Counted from the stretch's first letter, positions 40,569 through 50,326 are shown. The stretch is DNA of 64,000 bases from an uncultured Alphaproteobacteria bacterium (GCA_902621855.1 CACNNQ010000003.1:23676-87675); one strand, 5' to 3'. Numbers and translations are program-made. The notes: a model not told the origin generated them from the letters alone.

Positions 40569-41144
40569 TTACGCTTGTTTAGCTAAAAAAGACTCTCTTG
40601 CTTCTTCTAAATAGGGACGGAAATGTTCAACATCGGGAGTTTTTTTATCTAGAACTTTTGCTAAATCATCAAATCTCCTAAGCTCTATTGCTTCATCCAT
40701 AAAAGGTTTACTTATAAATGCATCTGCTTCTTCTTTTGTGAAAGGACCGCCTTGAACTTTTAATGAAAGTTTCGATGCTTCTGATAGGCTATCATAATAA
40801 CCCTCTTCAACACTTGATAAATATCTTTTTGAGTCAACATGTGCTCTAATTGGTAAAATAACATCCTCACCAAAATATTTTTTTAAAAAATCAGCACCTA
40901 AATTTTCATGATGACCATCTTTGCCTTCATGAATGGGATCGCCGTCCTCATAGATAAGGTGGCCAACATCATGCAGTAATGCTGCAGCAATTGTTGGTCC
41001 TGGTAATTTATTTTTTTCAGCAAGTTCAGCGCATTGGAGTGCGTGCTCAAGCTGTGTCACATCCTCATTACCATATTGAATATCAGCACCTTTTGTTTTC
41101 AAAAGATCTAAGAGATAATCTACGATATTTTCTTCCATTCTCAT
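40569..41144 (-). CDS. phnZ: HD-domain phosphonate oxygenase, PhnZ/TmpB family
   Basis: YGNEDVTQLEHALQCA, LLHDVGH, HE..GA, HVDSKRYL, SLKVQGG, LRRFDDLAK. Confidence 0.85.
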   Translation of the reverse strand: MRMEENIVDYLLDLLKTKGADIQYGNEDVTQLEHALQCAELAEKNKLPGPTIAAALLHDVGHLIYEDGDPIHEGKDGHHENLGADFLKKYFGEDVILPIRAHVDSKRYLSSVEEGYYDSLSEASKLSLKVQGGPFTKEEADAFISKPFMDEAIELRRFDDLAKVLDKKTPDVEHFRPYLEEARESFLAKQA

Positions 41145-41232
41145 TTATAATTAACTTATTAGAAAATAAATTCAATTCCAACTTTAATAAGATTGATCAA
41201 ATTTATAATAATATTTATTAAGTAAATATTTA

Positions 41233-42330
41233 ATGGATAAAAAATTATTAACCCCTGGGCCTCTCACGACATCGATGTCAACAAAAGAGGCAATGCTTCA
41301 TGATTGGGGTTCGAGAGATACAAAATTTATTGATCTCAATGCATCAATTAGAGATTCCCTTGTTAAATTAATAGACGGTGAAGATAAATATCAATGTGTT
41401 CCAATGCAGGGAAGTGGAACTTTTGCTGTAGAGTCGATGGTGAGCTCTCTTACTCAAAAAGATTCTAAAATTCTGATTCTGATCAATGGTGCTTACGGAC
41501 AAAGAATGAAAAAAATGTGCACATATTTAGGGAGAGATTTTATTGAATATGAAGTTGCTGAACATGAAGTACATGACATCAATAAAATTGAAGAGTTAAT
41601 TGATAGCAACAACTTAACACACGTCTTTGCTGTATATTGTGAAACAACATCGGGTATTTTAAATCCTATTGAAGACATTGCAAAATTGGTTGAAGGGAAA
41701 AATTTATCGTTATTCATCGATGCAATGAGTGCCTTTGGTGCATTACCCTTAAGTTCTAAAACAATTACTTTTGATGCTGTAGCCGCTTCATCAAACAAAT
41801 GCTTAGAAGGTGTGCCAGGTGTTGGTTTCATTCTTGTAAAAAATGAAGTTATTCAAAATGCAAAAGGCAATAGTCACTCACTAAGTCTAGACTTGTATGA
41901 TCAATGGCAAGCAATGGAAAAAAATAAACAATGGCGATTTACACCTCCAACACACGTATTAGCTGCATTCAACCAAGCTATTGAAGAACATAAAGAACAA
42001 GGTGGTGTAGAGGGAAGAGGTAAAAGATATAAAAAAAATTGTGAAATTATATGTAATGGAATGAAAGAGTTAGGATTTGAGCAATTACTTCCTGATAATT
42101 TACAAGCACCAATTATTATTACTTTTAAACAACCTAATGATCCTAAATTTAATTTTGAGCAATTTTATAATGCTCTTAGTGAAAAAGATTTTTTAATTTA
42201 TCCTGGAAAACTGACAGTGGCAGAAACTTTTCGAATTGGGTGTATTGGTAATTTAGATGAACAAGACATGATGGATACAATAAAAGCTGTAAAAGAAGTT
42301 GTTACTGAGTTGGGACTAACATTAAACTAA
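41233..42330 (+). CDS. phnW: 2-aminoethylphosphonate--pyruvate transaminase
   Basis: LLTPGPLTTS, QGSGTF, NGAYG, ETTSG, DAMSAFG, SSNKCLEG, WRFTPPTH, IYPGKL. Confidence 0.96.
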   Translation: MDKKLLTPGPLTTSMSTKEAMLHDWGSRDTKFIDLNASIRDSLVKLIDGEDKYQCVPMQGSGTFAVESMVSSLTQKDSKILILINGAYGQRMKKMCTYLGRDFIEYEVAEHEVHDINKIEELIDSNNLTHVFAVYCETTSGILNPIEDIAKLVEGKNLSLFIDAMSAFGALPLSSKTITFDAVAASSNKCLEGVPGVGFILVKNEVIQNAKGNSHSLSLDLYDQWQAMEKNKQWRFTPPTHVLAAFNQAIEEHKEQGGVEGRGKRYKKNCEIICNGMKELGFEQLLPDNLQAPIIITFKQPNDPKFNFEQFYNALSEKDFLIYPGKLTVAETFRIGCIGNLDEQDMMDTIKAVKEVVTELGLTLN

Positions 42331-42337
42331 CAAAACA

Positions 42338-42970
42338 ATGACAAAAGAAATTGAAATACCTTTAGTTAAAGCAACAAATGAAAATCTTAAAGGATATGGG
42401 TATTTAATCGATAGTTTTGAAAATAGTGATATTGAAATTGTTACTTGGCCAAAACAAGGATGGCGTGACATAGAAGAGGGAACTGGTAATGAAGGTGGAA
42501 CTACCGAAGGTTCTTTTGATACCTGGTGGCAAGGTGACGTGCTTTATGGGCAAAATAATGCTGTTCAACATAAGAGCGATTATGAAGTAGATGGAAAATA
42601 TATACTGGGTTATGCCAATAATCCTGATCAAGAATTACAAAAAGATAAATATTCAGATCCAACAAAAATTTTTTTATGGCATGCAAATTATCATCCTGAT
42701 GGAGGTCAGCTTTTCTTTCCTGAAGAAAATAAACCATTTATTTGTCCTTTAGCCTTACCTACAGACGACATTGAACCAGAACATTTTAAAGCATTTTATT
42801 GTGACGGATCAAAAGGTTTGTATATTCATCCAAATATTTGGCATGAAGGGGTGTTTCCAGTTACAGAAAAACAATCGTTTCAAGGAAAACAAGGTAAAGT
42901 ACATGCAAGAGTTAGTATTGATTTAAAAGAAGAGTTTGACAAATTTATCTTTTTTAAAACTAGAATTTAA
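42338..42970 (+). CDS. Cupin, ureidoglycolate lyase (AllA)-like
   Basis: PLVKAT..NLKGYG, NYHPDGGQLFFP, GLYIHPNIWHEG. Confidence 0.65.
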   Translation: MTKEIEIPLVKATNENLKGYGYLIDSFENSDIEIVTWPKQGWRDIEEGTGNEGGTTEGSFDTWWQGDVLYGQNNAVQHKSDYEVDGKYILGYANNPDQELQKDKYSDPTKIFLWHANYHPDGGQLFFPEENKPFICPLALPTDDIEPEHFKAFYCDGSKGLYIHPNIWHEGVFPVTEKQSFQGKQGKVHARVSIDLKEEFDKFIFFKTRI

Positions 42971-42981
42971 TTGGTAATAGA

Positions 42982-43791
42982 TTATTTTATACCCGAAGTT
43001 GCAAAACTCTCTACAAACTGTCTTTGAAAAATAATAAATGCAATTATTAGTGGTGCGGTTACCATTAATGTCCCTGCGCTTATAGTAGCCCACTCGATAC
43101 CTGATTCCTCCATAGAAAAGATAGCTAAACCAACATTTAAAATTCTAGTTTCCTCTGAGTTAGTTATTATTAAAGGCCACAAATAATTATTCCAATGATA
43201 AGATATTGATACAAGTCCATAAGCTAAAAAAGTAGGTATAGATAATGGTATGTAAACATGCCATAAAATTCGTAATGCTCCAGCACCATCAATCCTCGCA
43301 GAATCATCTAGCTCTTTTGGAACAGTTTTGAAAGCTTGTCTTAAAACAAAAATTCCAAAAGCAGATGCAATGTAGGGAAGGCTAATTGCAGGAATGGTAT
43401 CTATCAAATTTAAGAATTTAATTGTTTTATAATTTTCGATAAGAATGATTTCTGGATTAATCATTAGTTGAATTAAAACTAATCCAAAAAGTATGTTCTT
43501 AAAAGGAAACTCATATCTTGCAAAAGCAAATGCAGTCAGAGAACATAAGATAAACTGGCATGAAGTGGTCATTGTAACGTATATAAATGTGTTGAACATA
43601 TATCTTGCAAAAGGAGCTTGCGACCAAGCATTTTCAAAATTGTATAAGGTCAGAGGGGCAAACAAATCAAATTTAACTTGATATTCTATTGGGTGTATCG
43701 AAGACCAGATTGCATATAAGAGCGGTAGTAACCATAAAAATCCAAGTAACCAAGCACCAATAATATTAATATTTTTATAGAATGAATACAT
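42982..43791 (-). CDS. CUT1 ABC permease (UgpE-like)
   Basis: AFAFARYEF, EAA loop VPKELDDSARIDGA, WNNYLWPL. Confidence 0.9.
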   Translation of the reverse strand: MYSFYKNINIIGAWLLGFLWLLPLLYAIWSSIHPIEYQVKFDLFAPLTLYNFENAWSQAPFARYMFNTFIYVTMTTSCQFILCSLTAFAFARYEFPFKNILFGLVLIQLMINPEIILIENYKTIKFLNLIDTIPAISLPYIASAFGIFVLRQAFKTVPKELDDSARIDGAGALRILWHVYIPLSIPTFLAYGLVSISYHWNNYLWPLIITNSEETRILNVGLAIFSMEESGIEWATISAGTLMVTAPLIIAFIIFQRQFVESFATSGIK

Positions 43792-43793
43792 TT

Positions 43794-44672
43794 TTATTGG
43801 TAATGGACCTTTCTATCCAATAAAAAAATTTGACCAATTCCTATTATTGACAATAATATAATTAGTAAAACCGATAATGTTATTGCGTATGCTGTATCCC
43901 AAAATTCAAAACCATTCTCATAAATATAATAGAGTAATAAAGCGCTGTTGTAATTTGGACCTCCACCAGTCATAGTGAATAAATGTTCTATTCGTGTAAA
44001 GGCAGTAATTACTGCATTGACTGAAACAAATAATAAGGTTGGTGTTATCATTGGTAGTGTAATTTTGTAAAACATTTGCCAACTATTAGCCCCTTCAATA
44101 ATTGCTGCCTCTTTCATTTCCCTAGGTATTCCTTGAAGAGCAGCTAGAAAAAAAATCATGTAAAAACCAGACTCTTTCCAAATACTTACAGCAATAATAC
44201 CCCATAAAACTTGATCAGGGTTTCCTAAAATATTTGTATTTTGAAAACCAAATAAAGATCCAACTTGATCAATTAATCCAAAACCAGGAAGAAAAAAAAA
44301 GAGCCATATATTACCAACAGCTATTAAGGGTAAAACTACAGGTAAAAAATATGCAAAACGAAGCAATGGTCTACCGGGTAACTTGCTGTTTACCCATTGC
44401 GCCATAATTATTGCAATAATTATTGAAGATGGGATTGTAGAAATTGCATAAACAATATTGTTAGACATAACCTTCCAAAAAATGGGGTCTGAAAACATAT
44501 GTTCATAATTTTCAATACCTTTAAACTTACTTGGTTTTCTCCCTTTAGGAGTAGAAAAAAAACTCATATAAATTGTTTTAACAACAGGTATGTGAACAAA
44601 AGTTAATAATAATATGAATCCAGGCGATAAAAGTAAAATTACTGGTATATGTTTTTTAATTTTAGTTATCAT
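43794..44672 (-). CDS. CUT1 ABC permease (UgpA-like)
   Basis: GIENY, LAALQGIPREMKEAAIIEGA, MTGGGP. Confidence 0.9.
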   Translation of the reverse strand: MITKIKKHIPVILLLSPGFILLLTFVHIPVVKTIYMSFFSTPKGRKPSKFKGIENYEHMFSDPIFWKVMSNNIVYAISTIPSSIIIAIIMAQWVNSKLPGRPLLRFAYFLPVVLPLIAVGNIWLFFFLPGFGLIDQVGSLFGFQNTNILGNPDQVLWGIIAVSIWKESGFYMIFFLAALQGIPREMKEAAIIEGANSWQMFYKITLPMITPTLLFVSVNAVITAFTRIEHLFTMTGGGPNYNSALLLYYIYENGFEFWDTAYAITLSVLLIILLSIIGIGQIFLLDRKVHYQ

Positions 44673-44707
44673 AAAAAAAACGGCACTATTATTAACTAGT
44701 GCCGTTT
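44673..44707 (-). terminator. Hairpin plus U-tract after the SBP gene
   Basis: Minus strand AAACGGCACTA-8 nt-TAGTGCCGTTT running into a T-tract. Confidence 0.7.
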
Positions 44708-44719
44708 GATATTTTTTCT

Positions 44720-45994
44720 TTATCTGTAATCTTTTAGTATTTTATCAATTTCGGCATGAGCCTCTAAAAGAGCAGTTTTAGGATCTTTTTCCCCAGCAAC
44801 TGCTGCTTCTAACGCCCTATTAAAAATTGAAACAGTTTTAGGTTGCTCGTAGGTCGAAAATTCTGGACCTGCATACTCCAACTGATCTCTTGCAACAGCT
44901 GGATATGGAAATTCTTTTAAAAATTCTTTCATTTCATCAGACTCCCAAGTCTCAGCTCTAGGTGCAACATAACCAGTGGCTTTTGTCCAGGCAACAGACT
45001 GTTTAGGTTCTGTTATCCATTTTACAAAGTCTTTTGTTGCTTGCTGTTCCTCTTCTGTAGTGTCAATTGATAGATAAAAATTTCCTCCTCCAACTGGTGC
45101 TCCAAATTGTTTAATACCAGGAATGAAAGCTACACCCCAATCAAACGGAGCATTATTTCTGACGTTTGTCAGATTTCCAGTAGTAGTCCACATCATTGCA
45201 GTTTGACCCTCAAAAAATGCCTGTGGAGTAGATCCCCATTCAAGTATACCTGGTCTCATCACCCCTTCAGTAGTACTAAGAGCTACAAGTTTTTCTAATG
45301 CTTCAATGGCTTCTGGTGAATTAATATATGTTTCAGTGCCATTATCGTTCATAATTTTTCCACCATTGCCATAAACAATTGCACTAAATAACCAGTATGG
45401 AAAACCAGCAGATGGAATTCTTATTCCGTATTGACTTACATTTCCATCAGAATCTTTGATTGTTAATTTTTTTGCAACTTCTAGCTGTTCATCCCAAGTC
45501 TTAGGTGGATTTTCAGGATCTAATCCCGCAGCTCTAAAAGCATCCTTATTGTAATAGAGTACTGGTGTTGATCTTTGAAATGGAATCCCATAAGTTTTAC
45601 CATCAACTTGACCATTAGCCATAAAAGCAGGATAAAAACCACCTATCCAATTATCAATTTCGTCTTGAGTTAATATATCGTCCCAAGCCATTACACATTC
45701 TTCGTCTATATATTTAAAAATTGTAACAGCAATCATAACTGATGTTGCAGGAGCAGTTCCAGATTTACATGCTGTTAGAAATTTAGTATCTGTATCTGTA
45801 TAACTTCCTGTGAAAACAGCTTTCACATTTACATCTGGATTTAATTTTGTGTAATCTTCTGCAAATTTCTCAATTGCCTGAGCAGCTCCACCACCTACAG
45901 CGACTGGAAAATAAAATTCTAGTTCAATAGCCCTTACACTTAATGATGTTATTACCACGGTTAAAGAGATAATAAGTAATTTAATTATATTCAT
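44720..45994 (-). CDS. CUT1 solute-binding protein, UgpB-like
   Basis: Signal peptide, FYFPVAVGG, GIPFQRSTPVLYYNKD, PPKTWDE, TGYVAP. Confidence 0.88.
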   Translation of the reverse strand: MNIIKLLIISLTVVITSLSVRAIELEFYFPVAVGGGAAQAIEKFAEDYTKLNPDVNVKAVFTGSYTDTDTKFLTACKSGTAPATSVMIAVTIFKYIDEECVMAWDDILTQDEIDNWIGGFYPAFMANGQVDGKTYGIPFQRSTPVLYYNKDAFRAAGLDPENPPKTWDEQLEVAKKLTIKDSDGNVSQYGIRIPSAGFPYWLFSAIVYGNGGKIMNDNGTETYINSPEAIEALEKLVALSTTEGVMRPGILEWGSTPQAFFEGQTAMMWTTTGNLTNVRNNAPFDWGVAFIPGIKQFGAPVGGGNFYLSIDTTEEEQQATKDFVKWITEPKQSVAWTKATGYVAPRAETWESDEMKEFLKEFPYPAVARDQLEYAGPEFSTYEQPKTVSIFNRALEAAVAGEKDPKTALLEAHAEIDKILKDYR

Positions 45995-46043
45995 TATAAA
46001 TCTCCTATTTTTATCAATGAAATTTTTTGGTTAAGATATAAAT

Positions 46044-46061
46044 ATTAATATTTTGTTAAAT
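46044..46061 (-). promoter_or_regulatory. Possible Pho box upstream of the SBP gene
   Basis: ATTTAAC-aaaa-TATTAAT. Confidence 0.4.
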
Positions 46062-46134
46062 ATTAACTAATTTATTTTTAAATTTTTTAATTCTTTTTTA
46101 TTATTTTTTTTGTATGTATATTTAGTAAATATTT

Positions 46135-46929
46135 ATGATGAAAATTATTCACCTCTCTGACCCCCATATTCATACAAATGAATTATCTGGCATAAACTCT
46201 GTAGAAAGATTCAAATGTGCTTTAGAACACATTATTTTAAATCACCGTGATGCAGATATGTTTGCTATAACTGGTGATATAACAGACATTGGAGATGAAG
46301 ATTCTTACAATCTGTTTAAAAAAATAATAAAAGAATTTAATCTACCCCTAAACCTTGAACCAAAACTAATACCTGGTAATCATGACAATCGTGAAAATTT
46401 TAAAAAAACTTTAAATCATGTGCCAACTGATAGTAATGGATTTATCCAATACTACCATGACTATAAGAATAATAGATTTATTTTTATAGATACTCTAGAG
46501 CACGGAACACACATTGGTCATTATACGTTAAAAAGACAAGAGTGGTTGATTGATCTTTTAAATAACACAGATGATAATAAAGAAATTTATATATTTATGC
46601 ACCATAATCCATTGGCACTGGTTAGAGATGAAAGCGATGGTATTGGATTAAAACATAAAAAAGAATTTAAAGAAATATTGATTAGTAAAAAAAATATTAA
46701 ACATATTTTTTTTGGTCATCAGCATATTACTAGTTCCGGATCATATCTTGGTATAAGTTTTTCCTCGCCAAGGAGCACATGGTCACCTCTAATACCAAAT
46801 TTTTCATCTGAATATAGGCTTGGTTTAGCTAATACTGATCCAAATTACAATGTAGCAATAATTCGATCAGATACCTTAATTATTCATACAGAGGATTTTT
46901 TAAAAACAGAAGTTAATTGGTTTAAATAA
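46135..46929 (+). CDS. GpdQ/CpdA-like metallophosphodiesterase
   Basis: HLSDPH, TGDITD, PGNHD, MHHNP, FGHQH. Confidence 0.87.
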   Translation: MMKIIHLSDPHIHTNELSGINSVERFKCALEHIILNHRDADMFAITGDITDIGDEDSYNLFKKIIKEFNLPLNLEPKLIPGNHDNRENFKKTLNHVPTDSNGFIQYYHDYKNNRFIFIDTLEHGTHIGHYTLKRQEWLIDLLNNTDDNKEIYIFMHHNPLALVRDESDGIGLKHKKEFKEILISKKNIKHIFFGHQHITSSGSYLGISFSSPRSTWSPLIPNFSSEYRLGLANTDPNYNVAIIRSDTLIIHTEDFLKTEVNWFK

Positions 46930-46933
46930 AAAA

Positions 46934-48040
46934 TTATTTTTTTTCGATTACAAATATTTCATTGTTAAAATAAAGACCTTTATTTTTAGCAACAATGTTT
47001 TGAACTACTTTTTCGTAATTTTTTGTTTTTTCTACCTTCATTACTTTATCATCATCCATTTGATTGACATATATGGAGGCATTCCAAGCAGAAAAAACTA
47101 ATGATGTAGCTATACCTCCGCTGATTTCTGTTGGTAGAGCTCTCAATTTACATTTAATAATTCTTTTTTCTCCAAAAGATAAACTACTTAATAAATCTTT
47201 ATCTAAATTTTTCTTAAGATAAGAAATGATACTATTTCCAAGAGAAGGAAAAGGGTCCTCTTTTGGCCAAATTTTACTAATTATTTCATTAGCAGGATCT
47301 TTTCCTGAAGCATGAATGGTTAATAATTTCCCTTTTGATTTTAACGCGCTAATCATTGGTTCGATAACGTATTTTGATTTCTTTTCTGCTGAAATTCTTG
47401 AACGATAAGGCTGTGAAGCAATAATAAGATCAAATTTATTATCTGATTTTTTTTTGGTAGGAATTAATTCATTAACATTAAATTCTTGATCTTCGCGGTA
47501 GATAACCATGACTGAAGGCTCTTTATAAGTATGGTTACCTGACTTTTTATTAATTTCTATATTCCATTTTTTTTCTAAAAATTCATTTTGTTTTCTTAAT
47601 TGTTGAGCAAATTCAAGAGAAGTGTCACCTTTTAATTTAATAATATTCCAATTAATTTTTTTCTGTTTAACTTCATTTTTTGATTTTAGGTTTGCGGCTT
47701 CAGCGTAGTGTAGATTTGAAATGACAAAAACAGTATTCTTATGTTCAACAAACCTATCGGGTAATTTTTCTAGACCTAATCTTACATCTTCTATGCTTAT
47801 TTCTTTTGTGCAAACTAATAAAGGTACGTTAGGCCTGGCCTCGTGGCACTGACGCATAACATTCATAAGTAAGGAACCATCACCCATACCAGCATCAAAT
47901 ATTTTTATGCCAGGTTTTTGAGGTTTAATTTTATTTACGTGAGGGCGTATCGCATCGGCAATTTGATTTTTTTCATTTGTTGTTGTGACAAATAATAAAT
48001 ATTTTTGTCTGTTATCATAAAACCTAAAATTTTTTTTCAT
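46934..48040 (-). CDS. Uncharacterised protein with a putative class I SAM-methyltransferase fold
   Basis: IFDAGMGDGS motif I-like, FDLIIASQ motif, LKSKGKL; 2-bp gap after the Fe-ADH gene. Confidence 0.55.
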   Translation of the reverse strand: MKKNFRFYDNRQKYLLFVTTTNEKNQIADAIRPHVNKIKPQKPGIKIFDAGMGDGSLLMNVMRQCHEARPNVPLLVCTKEISIEDVRLGLEKLPDRFVEHKNTVFVISNLHYAEAANLKSKNEVKQKKINWNIIKLKGDTSLEFAQQLRKQNEFLEKKWNIEINKKSGNHTYKEPSVMVIYREDQEFNVNELIPTKKKSDNKFDLIIASQPYRSRISAEKKSKYVIEPMISALKSKGKLLTIHASGKDPANEIISKIWPKEDPFPSLGNSIISYLKKNLDKDLLSSLSFGEKRIIKCKLRALPTEISGGIATSLVFSAWNASIYVNQMDDDKVMKVEKTKNYEKVVQNIVAKNKGLYFNNEIFVIEKK

Positions 48041-48042
48041 TA

Positions 48043-49155
48043 CTAATAAAGTCCCATTGATTTAGCAGAAGAGATGAAGGCTTCTTTATTGCCAATAAAG
48101 TTTTTACCTCTTTCCCCTAAAAACGCATCATCTACTATATTATTCCATTCTTGAACAGGAACTTTTATTTCATTTAAGTTAAGAGGAACCTCTAAAGAAC
48201 GCATAAATTCACTCAGATGATTTGCAGCATTCTCTAGATTATCGTTAAAAATTAATTTTAGTCTCTCCTCAGCGACACTATCAATTCCAACCATACTTTT
48301 AGTAATCATGGGTAAAGTAAATGAACAAGCAATACCATGCTGAATACCGTAATTGAGTGTCACGGGGTATGATAGATTATGCGCAATAGCAGTTTTTGTA
48401 TTGGAAAACGCTAAGCCAGCATGAACGCATGCCAGTGCAATTTTTGAACGTAATTCAATGTTTCTTAAATCTTTAGCGAGAAGTGGTAAATTTTCTAATA
48501 CTAATTTTGATGCTTGTATTGCATGTGAAGCAGAAACTGGGTTTGCATTAATATTCCAAATACTTTCCATTGAATGAGAGAGAGCGTCTAAACCTGTTGA
48601 AATGGTCAAGCCTAAAGGTTTATCAACCATAATAGATGGATCGATAATTGCTTTTTCTGCATAAAGAGATTTATGCGCCAAAGATAATTTATTATTTTTT
48701 TCTTTATCCCATATTGTGGCCCAACACGTAAGCTCACTTGATGTTCCTGAAGTTGTAGGTATTGCAATAATCTTGATTGGATTTTCGACTCTTGGATTTT
48801 TCTTATTACGAACGAAATCTGTTAGATATTCTTGTTTATCTTTAAATGCAGCAATTGCTTTAGCTGTGTCTGTAACAGAGCCACCACCTATAGCTAAAAT
48901 ATAATCTACCGATTCATTGATTGAAGAAAATTTATTTTGTAGTTCTAAAATATCCTTATAATCTGGATTAGGCTGAACATCGGTCATAATGGATAAAGGT
49001 GGATTTGAAGAAGATTTTAATTCATCGCTATATTTTTTAAAAACTTCCTCTGGATGAGTGATTATGATGTAGTTCTTATTTTTAAGAGCATCATGTACTT
49101 CTGTAAATCTATTTTCTCCTAAGATAATTTCAACAGGGTTAAAATAATTCCACAT
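48043..49155 (-). CDS. Iron-containing alcohol dehydrogenase, phosphonate-associated (PsrA/phosphonoacetaldehyde reductase-like)
   Basis: MWNYFNPV, AIGGGSVTDTAK, PTTSGTSSE, WATIWD, DALSHSMESIWN, AFSNTKTAIAH, HGIAC. Confidence 0.8.
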   Translation of the reverse strand: MWNYFNPVEIILGENRFTEVHDALKNKNYIIITHPEEVFKKYSDELKSSSNPPLSIMTDVQPNPDYKDILELQNKFSSINESVDYILAIGGGSVTDTAKAIAAFKDKQEYLTDFVRNKKNPRVENPIKIIAIPTTSGTSSELTCWATIWDKEKNNKLSLAHKSLYAEKAIIDPSIMVDKPLGLTISTGLDALSHSMESIWNINANPVSASHAIQASKLVLENLPLLAKDLRNIELRSKIALACVHAGLAFSNTKTAIAHNLSYPVTLNYGIQHGIACSFTLPMITKSMVGIDSVAEERLKLIFNDNLENAANHLSEFMRSLEVPLNLNEIKVPVQEWNNIVDDAFLGERGKNFIGNKEAFISSAKSMGLY

Positions 49156-49159
49156 TACC

Positions 49160-50239
49160 TTAAATTGATTTTGCCGCTTTAGTTAAAATTGTCATTTTCT
49201 CAATTGCTTGTTCTCTTGTAAAGAAACCTAAACCACAATCTGGTGCAGCTATTAAACGGTGTTCATCAATATGTTCAAGTGAATCTTTGATACGAACTCT
49301 TACTTCTTCAACAGACTCCATTCTACTTTTTGCAATATCAATAAATCCAAAAATTACTTTTGTTTTAGTAAATTTTTCTAAAAGATTTAAATCATTATGC
49401 CTATGTGAATCTTCTAAAGATACTTCATCAATAGTTGAATCATCTACCAGTGATGCAATTCTATCATAAGCATCTAGATCAGCCTTTTTATACCCTTCTG
49501 AGTCTAATGAGTTAGGATAACCACAACAAATATGGCAAACGCGTTGCACTTCTTTAGGAATACCATGCATCATTCTTTCTAAATTTTCCATACCATATGA
49601 ATGAGCTTCATCGGGTTTTCTAGCAAATACTGGTTCATCAATTTGAATATACTGACAACCTGCATCCACAAGTGCCTTAATTTCTTTATTGAGAGCTAAT
49701 GCTAAATCAAAACCAAGTTTTTTCATGTCATCATAGTAATTGTTGGCAATTGAATCTGTAATTGTCATTGGTCCAGGTAGCGTAATTTTAACTGGGTTTT
49801 TTGTAAATTGTTGTGCACTCTTCCAATCTAAATGCATACGTATTTCTTTACTTGAAATCGGTGCAACAATAGTTGGAAGGTCAGCTTCGAACGCACCTTG
49901 TCTTACTGACTTATGTGTAACTTCCTTAAAACTTACTCCATTTAAAAATCGGCATTGATATAATACATAACTCTCGCGTCTGACTTCTCCATCTGTTGGA
50001 ACATCAATACCCGCATTTACTTGATCAGTTATAACTTCTTTAATTGCTGCTAAAAATAATTTTTCAGCATCTGCACCTGCAGACTCTAATGCTTTTTCAT
50101 ATGCGCCAGGTGACCAATTTGATAATAATCCTTTTGACGCTTTTCTCTCTTCTTCTGATTTTGTCCCTAAAAACCAATCTTGAATAGGTGTTTGTTTCGG
50201 TTTTGGATAAGCACCTATTGTAGTTGTTTTAAGAGGCAT
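49160..50239 (-). CDS. Stand-alone core cobalamin-independent methionine synthase (MetE C-terminal domain) family protein
   Basis: TTTIGAYPKP, TDGEVRR, KITLPGPMT, IQIDEP, Zn ligands HIC...E...PDCGL; 359 aa with no N-terminal MetE half. Confidence 0.88.
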   Translation of the reverse strand: MPLKTTTIGAYPKPKQTPIQDWFLGTKSEEERKASKGLLSNWSPGAYEKALESAGADAEKLFLAAIKEVITDQVNAGIDVPTDGEVRRESYVLYQCRFLNGVSFKEVTHKSVRQGAFEADLPTIVAPISSKEIRMHLDWKSAQQFTKNPVKITLPGPMTITDSIANNYYDDMKKLGFDLALALNKEIKALVDAGCQYIQIDEPVFARKPDEAHSYGMENLERMMHGIPKEVQRVCHICCGYPNSLDSEGYKKADLDAYDRIASLVDDSTIDEVSLEDSHRHNDLNLLEKFTKTKVIFGFIDIAKSRMESVEEVRVRIKDSLEHIDEHRLIAAPDCGLGFFTREQAIEKMTILTKAAKSI

Positions 50240-50268
50240 CTATTTTTACTCCCATTTAAATTTAAAAT

Positions 50269-50296
50269 AAAACAGCGGCTTTTATAAAGCCGCTGT
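50269..50296 (-). terminator. Hairpin after the SBP gene
   Basis: Minus strand ACAGCGGCTTT-ATA-AAAGCCGCTGT followed by a short T-run. Confidence 0.65.
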
Positions 50297-50326
50297 AATA
50301 AAAAGTTAATAATAAATAATCTCAAA

